From: Octopus bimaculoides
Taxonomy: Eukaryota
Length of the DNA stretch: 64,000 nt
Direction of reading: 5' to 3'
Assembly: GCF_001194135.2 (NCBI RefSeq)
Contig: NC_068984.1
Location: forward strand, 126,448,455-126,512,454
Shown here: one piece after another, positions 1 through 13,573 of the stretch
How positions within the stretch are numbered: position 1 is the first letter of the stretch
Layout: each line of letters opens with the position of its first letter
Program-made: the position numbers and the translations under genes
The notes under the pieces: generated by a model
The model's database searches: none
Told to the model about the DNA's origin: nothing
Seen by the model: only the letters and a program-made list of their open reading frames with translations

Positions 1-48
<48 letters not shown>

Positions 49-72
49 ACACACACTCATACACACACACAC
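1..72. repeat. (CA)n microsatellite, representative of many (CA/TG)n, (TA)n, (GA)n, (TCTA)n and (AAT)n tracts
   Basis: Direct reading. Other examples: (GA)n 6612-6657 and 62335-62428, (TCTA)n 43071-43115 and 50981-51040, (TACA)n 9061-9106. Confidence 0.98.
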
Positions 73-113
73 AAGTTAAAAATATGATCAAATGATCAAT
101 ATATGCATAAAAA

Positions 114-157
<44 letters not shown>

Positions 158-1229
158 TTATATATATATATAATCATCAGAAATATACACATTCTCATGC
201 ACATATATTTAAGCAATGCACACATTGTGTGTGTGCGCGTAGACACATATAGTTACATATACATTGTGTGTGTATGTGTAGACAGATATAAATACATTAT
301 GTATACGTATGTTTGTGCATGTATAATATATATCATCATCATCTTTACTTTCAGTGTTTTGTCTGCTTTTCCTTAGTGGCATGGGCTAATCCCAGAATCA
401 TGTCGTTGGGAAGCTAACTTCTTACCACAAAGCCACACCTTTACCTATATACATATATATATATACAAAAATTTTATAATTATAAGCATAATTATAATTA
501 GGGTTCAGCAAAATTGCTTCACCACATACGGAAATTTAGAAATAGCAGTTAAATACTATTCCACTACCATAATATACCACCCTATATCAGTACATACATA
601 TATATATAGAATATAATCTAATATTTCTTTAGTCATTACACAGTGATCACTTATAAATTTTAAGCTTATAAAATACTATTATATATTGCCAGCATGGAAA
701 GTGAATATTAAATGATGATATATATATATATATATATANNNNNNNNNNNNNNNNNNNNNNNNNNNNNNNNNNNNNNNNNNNNNNNNNNNNNNNNNNNNNN
801 NNNNNNNNNNNNNNNNNNNNNNNNNNNNNNNNNNNNNNNNNNNNNNNNNNNNNNNNNNNNNNNNNNNNNNNNNNNNNNNNNNNNNNNNNNNNNNNNNNNN
901 NNNNNNNNNNNNNNNNNNNNNNNNNNNNNNNNNNNNNNNNNNNNNNNNNNNNNNNNNNNNNNNNNNNNNNNNNNNNNNNNNNNNNNNNNNNNNNNNNNNN
1001 NATATATATATATTAGCATGAACTATCATGAAAGTTCTTTGACCAAATTTTGACATCAGAAAAAGAGCCAACAACATGAATAGAATGTAGTGTTAAACTC
1101 CTAAGCTTTCTTATCATACTTTGAAATCAGGAATTAATACTGCAACAGTATGTTATTTAAATTCCATACTATATAACTACCTTTTAGACTGGCTACTTCA
1201 CTTCAGAAAAGTTTCACTGAAACCCTTGA

Positions 1230-1442
1230 CCCTTTAGCATTTAAACAGGCCATATCTGGCTAAAATATTCTACCTGTTTTATGCTTAAACTGGCCAGATG
1301 TGGCTTTTCATACTTACCCTACAATATCATTCTAAGATTAACAGTTACCGCATCAAAACCTCATAGGCACAAGATGATTCATGATTAGTTAAAAACAATG
1401 TGGTTGAATAAACATTACATTTGACAATAATCTGAATGCTAA
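1230..1442 (+). mobile_element. TTAA-type (piggyBac-like) MITE, family 1, right TIR truncated
   Basis: Starts CCCTTTAGCATTTAAAC after TTGA; aligns with the copies at 15660 and 54548; right end joins a SINE A tail. Confidence 0.7.
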
Positions 1443-1645
1443 GCCATGCTGGAGCACCGCCCTTATAGTCGAGCAAATCGACCCCAGAGCTTATTCTTTG
1501 GAAGCCTAGTACTTAGTCTATCGGTCTCTTTTGCCAAACCGGTAAGTTACGGGGACGTAAACACACCAGCATCGGTTGTCAAGCAATGCTGGGGGGACAG
1601 ACAGACACACAAACATACACACACACATTCACATATATATGTGTC

Positions 1646-1679
<34 letters not shown>

Positions 1680-1841
1680 CACACAATGAACTTCTGTCAG
1701 TTTCCATCTACCAAATCCACTCACAAGGTTTTGTTTGGCCTGAGGCTATAGTAGAAGATACTTGACTAAGGTGCCACACAGTGGGACTGAACCCAGAACC
1801 GTGTGGTTGATAAGCAAGCTACTTACCACACAGCCACTCCT
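1443..1841 (-). mobile_element. SINE family A (tRNA-like head, central TA/TG tract, tail A)
   Basis: Reverse complement aligns along its length with 14463-14863. Confidence 0.9.
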
Positions 1842-2026
1842 GTGGTTTTGTTTTGAGAGGGTCATTATGTCAATAATGATAACACAATCACTGGTTCAAT
1901 AGTATTCCTTTATTACTATATATAATAATGTGTATGCATACGTGCATACATAGGTACATATATATATATTTGTGCATGTGTGTTTGTGCATATATATATA
2001 TGTGTGTATATATATATATGTGTGTG

Positions 2027-2062
<36 letters not shown>

Positions 2063-2900
2063 CATAGTGTGAGAGTACATACACACACACACACACATAT
2101 TTATATACAAAGAAAAATGCACACCAGTGCAGAAGTAGGTAAAAAACAAATTCCATATTTAGAAAGTAAAGGATTATTGCATTGTGTGTGCATGTGTGTT
2201 TGTATGTGTGCGTACATCTACATATGTATATGCATGTGTATACAAAAGAAACATTGGGCTGCTACACCTAACAAATACAATAGATAATTGATACACCTAA
2301 GCGTCACAACCGTCTCCACCATCTCGATATCACTCTCTTTATCATCATTATCTATATCGTCATTACCCTTACCACCACCACCACCACCACCACAACCACC
2401 ACCACAACCTTCACCACCACCACCACCACCACCACCACCACTACATGGAGAAACTCTCTCTCTCTCTCTCTCTCACCCTTTCCAGTACAGTCAGTATAAG
2501 GATGTGTAGAAGAGGAAGATTTGATTATCTGACAAGATCTTGTGGAGATTTGGAAGTGGTGGTAGTGGTAGTTGGAGTGTTGATGTTGTTGTTGTTATTG
2601 GTGGTGGTGGTGGTGAATTCACATCACATGACATTGCATTGTCTATATGATTCCTTTCTTATTTGCAGGTGCTTCAGTCCTTTGTAACTCTTCCCACCGC
2701 CAAACACGCACAAGTGCCATTATTGATGTCTTGATGTGGTTTCTGTAACACCATCCACGTGGTGGTTCCTGTTTCCCCATACCGTCATTCTCCCAGTCTG
2801 TCTGTCCACCTGTCAGTCCGCCAGTCCATCTATGTATTGGCTGTTTGGCATAACTCCAGGATTACTGGCTCTCATAAGCTACTGTCTGTGAGATGTAGTG

Positions 2901-2934
<34 letters not shown>

Positions 2935-3419
2935 NNNNNNNNNNNNNNNNNNNNNNNNNNNNNNNNNNNNNNNNNNNNNNNNNNNNNNNNNNNNNNNNNN
3001 NNNNNNNNNNNNNNNNNNNNNNNNNNNNNNNNNNNNNNNNNNNNNNNNNNNNNNNNNNNNNNNNNNNNNNNNNNNNNNNNNNNNNNNNNNNNNNNNNNNN
3101 NNNNNNNNNNNNNNNNNNNNNNNNNNNNNNNNNNNNNNNNNNNNNNNNNNNNNNNNNNNNNNNNNNNNNNNNNNNNNNNNNNNNNNNNNNNNNNNNNNNN
3201 NNNNNNNNNNNNNNNNNNNNNNNNNNNNNNNNNNNNNNNNNNNNNNNNNNNNNNNNNNNNNNNNNNNNNNNNNNNNNNNNNNNNNNNNNNNNNNNNNNNN
3301 NNNNNNNNNNNNNNNNNNNNNNNNNNNNNNNNNNNNNNNNNNNNNNNNNNNNNNNNNNNNNNNNNNNNNNNNNNNNNNNNNNNNNNNNNNNNNNNNNNNN
3401 NNNNNNNNNNNNNNNNNNN

Positions 3420-3471
<52 letters not shown>

Positions 3472-3750
3472 GAATTGCTTGTGTGTGTATATATATAAAA
3501 GTATGCATACCTATTTAGGAATGTATCTATTCATATATGCCTATACCTGCACATATGAGTTTGTGTTAGTATATGTATGTGTGTGTTTACTTTCTCTTAC
3601 AGAGTATATATATGCATAAATATATATATTTATATACACACACATAGAAATAGTTATATATGCTTCCACGTAAACACGTGCATGTACACCTATGCACACA
3701 CACAGAGACATATCTACATATGTATGTATATTCATATATATATATTTATT

Positions 3751-3807
<57 letters not shown>

Positions 3808-3811
<4 letters not shown>

Positions 3812-3916
3812 TGAGAGAAAAGCTGAACATTAGAAGCATCAGTTGTGGCGTGCAAGAGAAACGATTGCGCTGGTATGGACATGTGGTGAGAATGGAGGAG
3901 GATAGCTGCGTGAAAA
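3808..3916 (+). mobile_element. RTE-clade LINE fragment (C-terminal to the RT domain)
   Basis: Translates LREKLNIRSISCGVQEKRLRWYGHVVRM, the RRLRWxGHVxRM motif of RTE LINEs; runs into a gap. Confidence 0.85.
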
Positions 3917-4605
3917 NNNNNNNNNNNNNNNNNNNNNNNNNNNNNNNNNNNNNNNNNNNNNNNNNNNNNNNNNNNNNNNNNNNNNNNNNNNNNNNNNNNN
4001 NNNNNNNNNNNNNNNNNNNNNNNNNNNNNNNNNNNNNNNNNNNNNNNNNNNNNNNNNNNNNNNNNNNNNNNNNNNNNNNNNNNNNNNNNNNNNNNNNNNN
4101 NNNNNNNNNNNNNNNNNNNNNNNNNNNNNNNNNNNNNNNNNNNNNNNNNNNNNNNNNNNNNNNNNNNNNNNNNNNNNNNNNNNNNNNNNNNNNNNNNNNN
4201 NNNNNNNNNNNNNNNNNNNNNNNNNNNNNNNNNNNNNNNNNNNNNNNNNNNNNNNNNNNNNNNNNNNNNNNNNNNNNNNNNNNNNNNNNNNNNNNNNNNN
4301 NNNNNNNNNNNNNNNNNNNNNNNNNNNNNNNNNNNNNNNNNNNNNNNNNNNNNNNNNNNNNNNNNNNNNNNNNNNNNNNNNNNNNNNNNNNNNNNNNNNN
4401 NNNNNNNNNNNNNNNNNNNNNNNNNNNNNNNNNNNNNNNNNNNNNNNNNNNNNNNNNNNNNNNNNNNNNNNNNNNNNNNNNNNNNNNNNNNNNNNNNNNN
4501 NNNNNNNNNNNNNNNNNNNNNNNNNNNNNNNNNNNNNNNNNNNNNNNNNNNNNNNNNNNNNNNNNNNNNNNNNNNNNNNNNNNNNNNNNNNNNNNNNNNN
4601 NNNNN

Positions 4606-4640
<35 letters not shown>

Positions 4641-4642
<2 letters not shown>

Positions 4643-4990
4643 TTCACTTTTACTTATTTCAGTCATTAGACTGTGGCCATGCTGGGGCAATGCCTTGAGG
4701 AATTTTTAGTCACATGAATTGACCCCAGTACTTATTTTTTTTAAAGACTGATACTTATTCTATCAGCCTCTTTTGCCAAACTGCTAAGTTACAGGGACAT
4801 TAACACTCAAACATATACACAAAGACATACACATAAATATATAAAATGTATATATATATATGATGGGCCTCTTTCAGTTTCCATCTACTAAACCCACTCA
4901 CAGGGCTTTGGTCAGCCCAAGGTGCCATGCAGTGGCACTGAACCCAGAACCATATAATTGGGAAGCAAGCTTCTTATCATACAGCCATGC
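4641..4990 (-). mobile_element. SINE family A, internally deleted copy
   Basis: Tail and head segments match 14463-14863 in reverse. Confidence 0.85.
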
Positions 4991-5519
4991 CAGATTTATT
5001 CATATATGTCTAACCATCTATGTTATAAGTTTCAGTTTCTGTGTATATGTGTGTGTATACACAAATAGAAGAGCCTGTATCTGTAGATATAAGTAAATAT
5101 ATAAACTTTTGCATGTATATATATAGTTATTTCAAAAATTTAACAAAAACACAACAAAAGGAAAATTTTACAAAAACATAACAAACAGAAAATTTGTAGC
5201 TAATTCCTCATCAGCCAACATCCAAATGATCATTACAGTTTCGCTCCTTTAGTGCAGACTTGTATGTTTATAGATATATTTTGGCATGTATGCAGGCCAG
5301 GGTTTGGATTATGTGGATGTCTTTAAGCCAATCAGATGGCTGTGTGTGCAAGAATATCACCATGCAAAATGTGAGTGGGTATCACCTGAACTTTGTAGTG
5401 CATCAAAAATTTCTTATGAGCTGAATTATTTTCTTGTCCTGAAGAATAGGTTCAGTCATTGGATATGGTTGGTGATAGATATGTTGAGCATGGGATCTCA
5501 GCAGAGATCATTTGCAAGG

Positions 5520-5686
5520 GGGAGACATTTTAAAGTATTGTAGGTCCCCAGGCAAATCAGTGCTGTGGGTCTTGTGGTATTTAGTTACTGACAGCAAGCC
5601 ACAGCATACATAGATTAGAATTTGGTCCCTTGACCCATGAGGTCCCTGGGCAATGCCCAGTATACCCATGCCTTGTGATGGCACTG
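5520..5686. mobile_element. About 165 bp MITE-like element, copy 1
   Basis: Aligns with 5870-6038 and ends ...GATGGCACTG; left end degraded. Confidence 0.55.
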
Positions 5687-5869
5687 CACCCACCTCTACT
5701 GTGTCTACCCCTTACAATCATCACATGTCCATTATCATCTGCCCATACTGTAACTACTATTCATTACCTCCACCTACTTCTGTTGTGACTATTGTACTCT
5801 ACCATCACATATCCATATCACTATCAACTACCTGTACTGTAACTATTGTCCATACCATTATCACTTACT

Positions 5870-6038
5870 CAGGGCCATCTTAGTAGCATCATAGGTCCCC
5901 GACAAATCAATGCATTAGGCAACTATAGTATTCATATATTGACTGCAAGCCACATCATACATAGATTAGAACTGGGCCCCTAGACTTATGAGAGGCCAGA
6001 ACAACTACTCAGTGTGCCCATACTTTAAGATAGCACTG
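5870..6038. mobile_element. About 165 bp MITE-like element, copy 2
   Basis: Imperfect TIRs CAGGGCCATCTTA / CAGTGCTATCTTA (reverse complement of right end); no TSD recognised. Confidence 0.6.
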
Positions 6039-6129
6039 AGGGAGACCCCCAAAATTGGGGTTGATTTTGATGGCTCTAGCTGAGTGTTGCACATGATTAA
6101 GAGTGAGCGTGATGTGTTTTATTGTCATG

Positions 6130-6610
6130 AATAGCATTTATGTTTTCTTACTGTTTAAAGAGACAAGATTGGCATATCCCTGTTGAAGGGGTCTCTGTTC
6201 ATGGAGTTAGTGTGAGTTTGGCATGTGGTGTCTCGGTTGTAAATGGAAAATGTACTGTTGGGGGATGTTTGAGAATGGATTGAAGAGTAGTGTCATCTGT
6301 ATAAAAGTGGGTCTTGTTGTCTGTGAAAGCTGGTAAGTAATGTTTTGAAGAAAGAGAGCAAGGAACAAACGATTTGATAAGAAGCTACCAATCCAAGAAA
6401 TGCAAGACAGGTGGAGCCTATAGGCAGAAAGCTTCGATAAGAGATTCACATGCCCAGATATGGTAAAAAAACTTGGCTGAAGTTGAGAACAAAAACATTG
6501 CTTTCTCCAAATTCCTAAATTCCTCTAATGCAAGAGCTTGCTGTTCAGGAATGGAAGAGATTCGACCACCAATGGAACTGATTTTATAGAAGTTTTACTG
6601 ATGGTCATTA
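6130..6610 (-). mobile_element. CR1/L2-like LINE reverse transcriptase fragment (decayed)
   Basis: Frameshifted minus-strand peptides FGESNVFVLNF, LLSKLSAYRLHLSCISWIGSFLSNR, FYTDDTTLQS (YADD-like) and NLVSLNSKKT. Confidence 0.8.
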
Positions 6611-6661
<51 letters not shown>

Positions 6662-7283
6662 GCGTATGTCTCCATTACCTTACAGGTGTTTGTCTTGGAT
6701 GCAATATGGTGACGATAGTTTGCAGAATGAGAGCTGTTTATCGCTTTTGGGGAATGAGTTATACTAGCATGTTCCCAAAGATCAGAGTAGGTCTCTGTGG
6801 AGAGAGAGAGAGAGAGAGAGAGTGAAGACTTTGATGAGAATAGAGGTTAGCTCTGGAGGACAATGTTTAGAGACAAAGGATTGAAGAAGACCTACTCACC
6901 TGTGCAAGCATGGCAAAATAGATGTTAAAATGATGGTAGTGGTAGAGACTGAGATACATAATACATTTGGGTCTCTCGCCCATTATGTTTCTGCCCTCCT
7001 ATTCATGGTTCCAGGTTTCTTATGTAACAAAGAATTACACTGGATCTGAGTATATTTGAGTTACCCTATCATCACCTTTGTGAATTGCAAATCATCACTC
7101 CATCTCCCTTAGGTCACTCCTTATTGACATCTGTCACTTGGTCTCTCTCACTCTCTCTCTCTCTCACCCTTTTAGAAACATGTAGCTGCCATTATTGTCT
7201 CTCTCTTCCATTACCCCCTCTCCTCTGACACTCTCTTGCCTCTCACTCTCTTTCTCTCTATCTCTCTTTCATGCATGTGCACG

Positions 7284-7327
<44 letters not shown>

Positions 7328-8106
7328 TGTGTGTGTGCATGTAATTGTGTGTTCCCACCCAACAATCTGCCACTTTGTCTATACTGTTACACCATCAATC
7401 ACTTCTCTTTAATCTGTCATTGTAACAATCATTATTTGTAGTTGTTTGATATATTGTATCTATTCTTTCTTTTCCTCACTATACTTTAACTCAGTACTTC
7501 TCAAACAAACAAAAAAATCGGTGACCCCCTCATTTATATTATTGAAATATTTTGCCACTAGCAAAATAAAGTTTGCATTCACATAATTTTTCTGTCTTTA
7601 CCATGGACAAATTTAAAAAGATTGAAATTATCTCCTTATTTTTTATACCTTGACAATTTGTCTGCCATGAAGAACACTACTTATCATGTTAACTATAACA
7701 AATTTTGTGGATGTTTCTGTGATGTATAGGTACCTTTCTGTCCAGTTGTTGTACTATAATTCTTTCTAGTTATTTTTCACAACTTGGTTCATTATATTGA
7801 TGCTTCTGGATTTAGTTCTTTCTAGAGTATTTCCTTGCCTTTGTTGCAGTTGGTGAAGGTATTGCTACACCAGTCATGTCCGACACCTCATTCCTTGCAC
7901 ACAGGAAAAATAAATTGCACCAGTCACATTTAGAATTTTTTGGCTATTGGTCTTTTCAATCAAGATTTTTAGATGTTGGTAGGGATAAACAAAGTCAGCA
8001 ATGATCTGATTGAATATATGAGTAATTAGAATGTATCCCACTTCATGGAATTTTCAGTATTTCGACAACATTCCCTGCTTTCCCTACCTATCTAGCCCTT
8101 CCCTCT

Positions 8107-8420
8107 TTGGCACTCTATGGGCTATGTTTGGACGATAAGGGTTCTGATGATCAGATCTATGGAACATCCTGCTCGTGAAATTAATGTCCCACTCCACAAA
8201 TACAGGTACCCTTAATGTAGTTCTTAGGGATATTCAGCGTGACACAGAGTGTGACAAGGCTGGCCCTTTGAAATACAGGCACTACTCACTTTTGCCAGCT
8301 GAGTGAAATGGAGCAACATTAAATAAAGTATCTTGCTCAAGGACACAATGTGCTGCCAGGAATTGAACTCATGACCTGACAATTGTGAGCTGAATACCCT
8401 TACCACTAAGCCACATACCT
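8107..8420 (-). mobile_element. SINE with head E and the tail also used by the 62932 SINE
   Basis: A-box TGGCTTAGTGG and B-box GAGTTCAATTCC; the 3' ~200 bp aligns with 63130-63310. Confidence 0.8.
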
Positions 8421-9606
8421 TTCTCTTCTTAATTCCACTTTTGACCATATACTTGTCAATTCCATAGCTAGTCTCTCTGATGGGGCTACTTGGGGATAAT
8501 CTCTCCCTTCATTTGAATTTTATGCTTTCTGCTGATTTTTGTAGTCACATTTCCAGATCTATATTTGCTCAGTGTCTGTGATGGTAAAGGAACTGCTATC
8601 GTATCATACACATTTTTCTCCAGTTACATCTTGCTGACACAATGCTTCACTTTCTTTGTGTGTGTGTGTTTGAATGTGTATTATATGTATTTTATATAGG
8701 TGCACAGCTTGTTACTCCCTTCCCGTCTCCCCTTCTTTCATCACTGAGTTCCTTTTTTTTTTTTTCTTTTTCTTAGTTTCCTTATTGAAGTAGCTTTGGG
8801 GTTGCTGTTTCAGTGCTTTATTTCTGATTTTACTTATATTTTCTCCAAAGTGAAAGATTGTCTTAATTTTTCGATAATTTAATCTTATATTTAATCTTTA
8901 TTTACCATTCTTTTCTTTTAATCAATTTATCTTTTCATGCATGCACAAATAAAGATTTTTATATAGGTGTGGGTAAGTAGTTAGAAAGTTAGCTTCCCAA
9001 GCACATGGCACCTTATGCAAATGTATTCTATAGCTTCAGGCTAACCAAAGCCTTGTGAGATATACATACATACATACATACATACATACATACATACATA
9101 CATACATTTATTCGTTCATTCATTCATTACATATGTATGTATATATGTGAGTTTGGAGGGATATATCATCCAGGTGGATACCATAGTGGCTCTCAGTTAT
9201 GTTCTAGGTTATGGTTAACTGGAGTGATTAGTATTTAATATTTATGAACACTATTAGTTGTCATTCATACTATAAATTCATCTTATGAGTAATTCTGTGT
9301 TTTCTTCACTGGATGGCAATATTGTCTGGAGTTTATAATAGCCCCAACCCCTGACCCCTAACGAACAAACAATTAACTCCACTCAGTTGTCTACAAAATT
9401 AGCCAAATGGACAAACCCTGAAAAAGCCGCACCAAAATCATGCAACTGGCCATAATCTGTGCAGTGGAAACATGTGTAGGTCGTAATGACCATAAAAATA
9501 TGCTATATAAAATTGTAAAGTTAGAGGGTATAAATTTTGAGGATAAACAAGTCTTCATGTTCTATATTGTTGTAACTATTGTATATATATATATATACTT
9601 ATATAT

Positions 9607-9663
<57 letters not shown>

Positions 9664-11569
9664 NNNNNNNNNNNNNNNNNNNNNNNNNNNNNNNNNNNNN
9701 NNNNNNNNNNNNNNNNNNNNNNNNNNNNNNNNNNNNNNNNNNNNNNNNNNNNNNNNNNNNNNNNNNNNNNNNNNNNNNNNNNNNNNNNNNNNNNNNNNNN
9801 NNNNNNNNNNNNNNNNNNNNNNNNNNNNNNNNNNNNNNNNNNNNNNNNNNNNNNNNNNNNNNNNNNNNNNNNNNNNNNNNNNNNNNNNNNNNNNNNNNNN
9901 NNNNNNNNNNNNNNNNNNNNNNNNNNNNNNNNNNNNNNNNNNNNNNNNNNNNNNNNNNNNNNNNNNNNNNNNNNNNNNNNNNNNNNNNNNNNNNNNNNNN
10001 NNNNNNNNNNNNNNNNNNNNNNNNNNNNNNNNNNNNNNNNNNNNNNNNNNNNNNNNNNNNNNNNNNNNNNNNNNNNNNNNNNNNNNNNNNNNNNNNNNNN
10101 NNNNNNNNNNNNNNNNNNNNNNNNNNNNNNNNNNNNNNNNNNNNNNNNNNNNNNNNNNNNNNNNNNNNNNNNNNNNNNNNNNNNNNNNNNNNNNNNNNNN
10201 NNNNNNNNNNNNNNNNNNNNNNNNNNNNNNNNNNNNNNNNNNNNNNNNNNNNNNNNNNNNNNNNNNNNNNNNNNNNNNNNNNNNNNNNNNNNNNNNNNNN
10301 NNNNNNNNNNNNNNNNNNNNNNNNNNNNNNNNNNNNNNNNNNNNNNNNNNNNNNNNNNNNNNNNNNNNNNNNNNNNNNNNNNNNNNNNNNNNNNNNNNNN
10401 NNNNNNNNNNNNNNNNNNNNNNNNNNNNNNNNNNNNNNNNNNNNTATATATATATATATATACAAATACATATATATACATACATATATATATACATATG
10501 CATATATATATGTATATATATATATATATATACAATCACACACACACATGTGCACGCACACACATGTGTATGCTATATATATGTGATTGTGCGTATGCAT
10601 GTCTATAGATGTATGTGTGTGTATTTATATATTCATACAAATGCACACACACTTAATTGTGTGTATGTGTGTGTGTGTAGTTAAAAATCTGTTTTGATAT
10701 CCACCTTAAACTAAATTATTTTTTTGTTTAATGTTAAGACTCTGTCTTTTACCATTCTCTCTTTGTTATTTTCGACTTTCCTCTGATCATTTTATCTTTA
10801 TCAACATGACAACTGAACTCTCCGCTTCTCCCCCCAGCCTTCTTCCACACGTATTTCTAACCATATTCCAGATATAAATCACAAAATAGCTAGTTTTCTG
10901 CATAAATAACCCAAAAAACCTTTTCTTTATTTCATCCCTGAATTCCTTCCACAACTTCTCCTCATCTCCTTCTGACTCCCTCTCTCCTTTCTGTCTTTCT
11001 CTCTCCCTTTCTCTTACACACGTACACACACACATACACACACCAACACTCTCAGACACTCACACGCAGCCTACCNNNNNNNNNNNNNNNNNNNNNNNNN
11101 NNNNNNNNNNNNNNNNNNNNNNNNNNNNNNNNNNNNNNNNNNNNNNNNNNNNNNNNNNNNNNNNNNNNNNNNNNNNNNNNNNNNNNNNNNNNNNNNNNNN
11201 NNNNNNNNNNNNNNTACACACACACATACACACACCAACACTCTCAGACACTCACACGCAGCCTACCTCCAACCATTCTGCACTCGGTTATTGATTTTGT
11301 TTCCATGGAGTAAGATTATGTGTTTCTTATAGCTATAAGCTTTACGTATTGCCTAGCATGAGGTTTAAGGAAGGCGGCAGTCTTGCAGGGCAGTGGAGAG
11401 TCTACACACAGTAGTGACTGAACATAATTCATTTGTATGCTGACAGCTCCCTCCGGTTGTCAAATCAAAGGGTCTGTTAGATATTTTGTTGTTCAGTGTA
11501 GTTAGGGGTATATAGTTGTGATGTATGAGGTATTAGTGACTATGTCTGCTAAATCTCCTTCCTCTCTCT

Positions 11570-11770
11570 CTCCAAATCGTCGATTTGCCTCACAGAAATA
11601 ACAGTTAAATCTCCCTCAAATCAAATACTGTCATATTTAAAAAGAAAGGGTATATTAAATTAGGCAGTCTTTGAAAGGCTTTACCTGATTAAAAGAGTGG
11701 ATAGTCATGGCTATGTGTTTGGTCATGTGTCTGGCTGATCAAGGGTGACCAAGGACGAAACAACAATAAA
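11570..11770 (+). mobile_element. Family F interspersed repeat ending in (CAA)n; other pieces near 20270-20450, 25650-25890, 42594-42750, 48630-48810, 50100-50450
   Basis: Recurring motifs GAAATAGCAGCCAAATCTCCCTCAAATC and ...GGCTAAACAACAA in several degraded copies. Confidence 0.6.
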
Positions 11771-12320
11771 TATATAGATATGAAAATAGCCTAGATATAC
11801 ATTATATACTGCCTCTACTATATTCTTTAATTCTTTACTGGTGTGTCTGTGGTCATGCTGGGGCACTATTTTCAACAGTTTAGTAAATCATATCAACTCT
11901 AATACTTATTTTGGTTTGGGTACTTATTTTATTGATTTGTATTTGTTCAATAAAATCAATAGTTAGAAGACATAAAGGGACACAACATAAACAACAATGT
12001 TCTAAGACTGATTTAAGCTTGAACACACACACACACACACAGAGGCATGCTTAAATCTGGGCATGGAAAAGTGAAGCGTGTATCTGAGAGCAAAATAAAA
12101 CAGGAGAATTTAAGTATTTTTATTACATCATCATGAATTACATAATGGAAACACTTAACTAAATTCGCCTGTTAATTATTCAAATGTATATAATACCAAA
12201 TAAAAATCTGAGGACAAACAATATTTAATACTCAATTGAAATTTAGATAAATGCATAGATACACATGGAATTCTAAGCATTTGTTAACTATTTTGCTGTC
12301 TCAATTGAAATAACACTATT

Positions 12321-12685
12321 CAGGCATGGCTGTGTGGCTAAGAAGTTTGCCCCACTGCATAGCATCTTGGGCAAGTGTTTTCTACCATAGCTATGGGTTG
12401 ACCAAAGCTTTGTGAATGGATTTGGTTGATGGAAACTGAAAGAAGCCTGCTGTATAATACATATCTGCTTGTGTTCCCTTGTTTCGACTTTGTGCTGTAG
12501 CTGTAAACAACCATCAACATCGTACAAACAATGTTGTTTGTTTCCACTCTCCCATGAAAAGAATGTCTGGCCATGGGGGAAATATTATCTTACTTTGGAA
12601 TAGATGAAGGTTGGTGATAAGAAGGGCAAATGTGTGTAGAAAACTTACTCTAACAAATTACATCAGACCCATGCAAGCATAGAAA
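12321..12685 (+). mobile_element. SINE with head A and tail B
   Basis: Head matches 14463; 3' half matches 15290-15499, 30430-30625 and 36100-36345. Confidence 0.8.
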
Positions 12686-12826
12686 TCATCATTTAATATC
12701 TGTTTTCTCTGCTGGCATGGATTGCTCAGTTTGACAGGAGCTGGTATAACCAGGGGCCATTGTCTGTTCTGGCATGGTTTCTATGGCCAGATGCCCTTTC
12801 TAGAACCAACCACTTTACAGATTATA

Positions 12827-13163
12827 GACAGTAAAAGGTAAAGACCCCCTTTGGTCATGAATGACCATGGGATTGCACTTAGAAAGATACAAGTCCGGGC
12901 AAGGTTGTTTATGGAAGACCAGCAGTCACCTATGCACACCAGTTCCCCTCTCCATGCCACCGATGTTATCCACAGGAAAGGCAGAGGCCAATACAGCTTG
13001 GCACCAGTGGTGCTGCAACTCCTTTCTGCAGCTGAGTGAACTGAAGCAACATGAAATAAAGTGTCTTGCTCAAGAACACAACTAACAGCTCAGTCTGGGA
13101 ATCAAACTCATTACCTCATGATTGTGAGCCCAATGCTCTAACCACTGAACCATGTGCCTCCAC
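12827..13163 (-). mobile_element. SINE with head E and a tail ending TTTACCTTTT, nested in a family C repeat
   Basis: 13-bp TSD TTTACAGA(T/G)TATA at 12814-12826 and 13164-13176; family C sequence resumes on both sides. Confidence 0.85.
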
Positions 13164-13439
13164 TTTACAGAGTATATTGGATGCTTTTAATGTGGCATCA
13201 GCACCAGTGTTTTTACATGGCACCAACACCATTGCTTTTTTTATGTGGCACCAGTATCAGTTCTGCTGTAGTGGATGGGTCTTCTTGAGTACAATGAGGC
13301 ACCAGATATTTCAGTCTTTGTGGATGTTAAGTAATGATAAAGATGATGATGGTGGTGGCGGCAGCGGTGGTGTATAAAGAGACAATTGAAAACTACAAAG
13401 CATTTTGTTCAGGTCTTAACTGTTTCCATCAAGGAGCCC

Positions 13440-13573
13440 TTCATATCCAGGATTACCCTGATCACCAAGGCAAAGTTGACCTTGGTGGAATTTGAACTCA
13501 AAACATAGCGACAAGCAAAATACCACTAAGCATTTCGTCCAGCATGCTATTGATTCTACCAGCTTGCTGCCTT
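13440..13573 (-). mobile_element. SINE family D, partial; other copies near 16890-17100(-), 21585-21735(+), 24440-24595(+), 40855-41050(-), 51868-52010(-), 52828-53005(+)
   Basis: Aligns with 43897-44107. Confidence 0.75.

Noticed and set aside
11020-11266. Identical ~50-bp sequence on both sides of the 11076-11214 gap
   Set aside because: Typical scaffolding overlap artefact, not a biological duplication.
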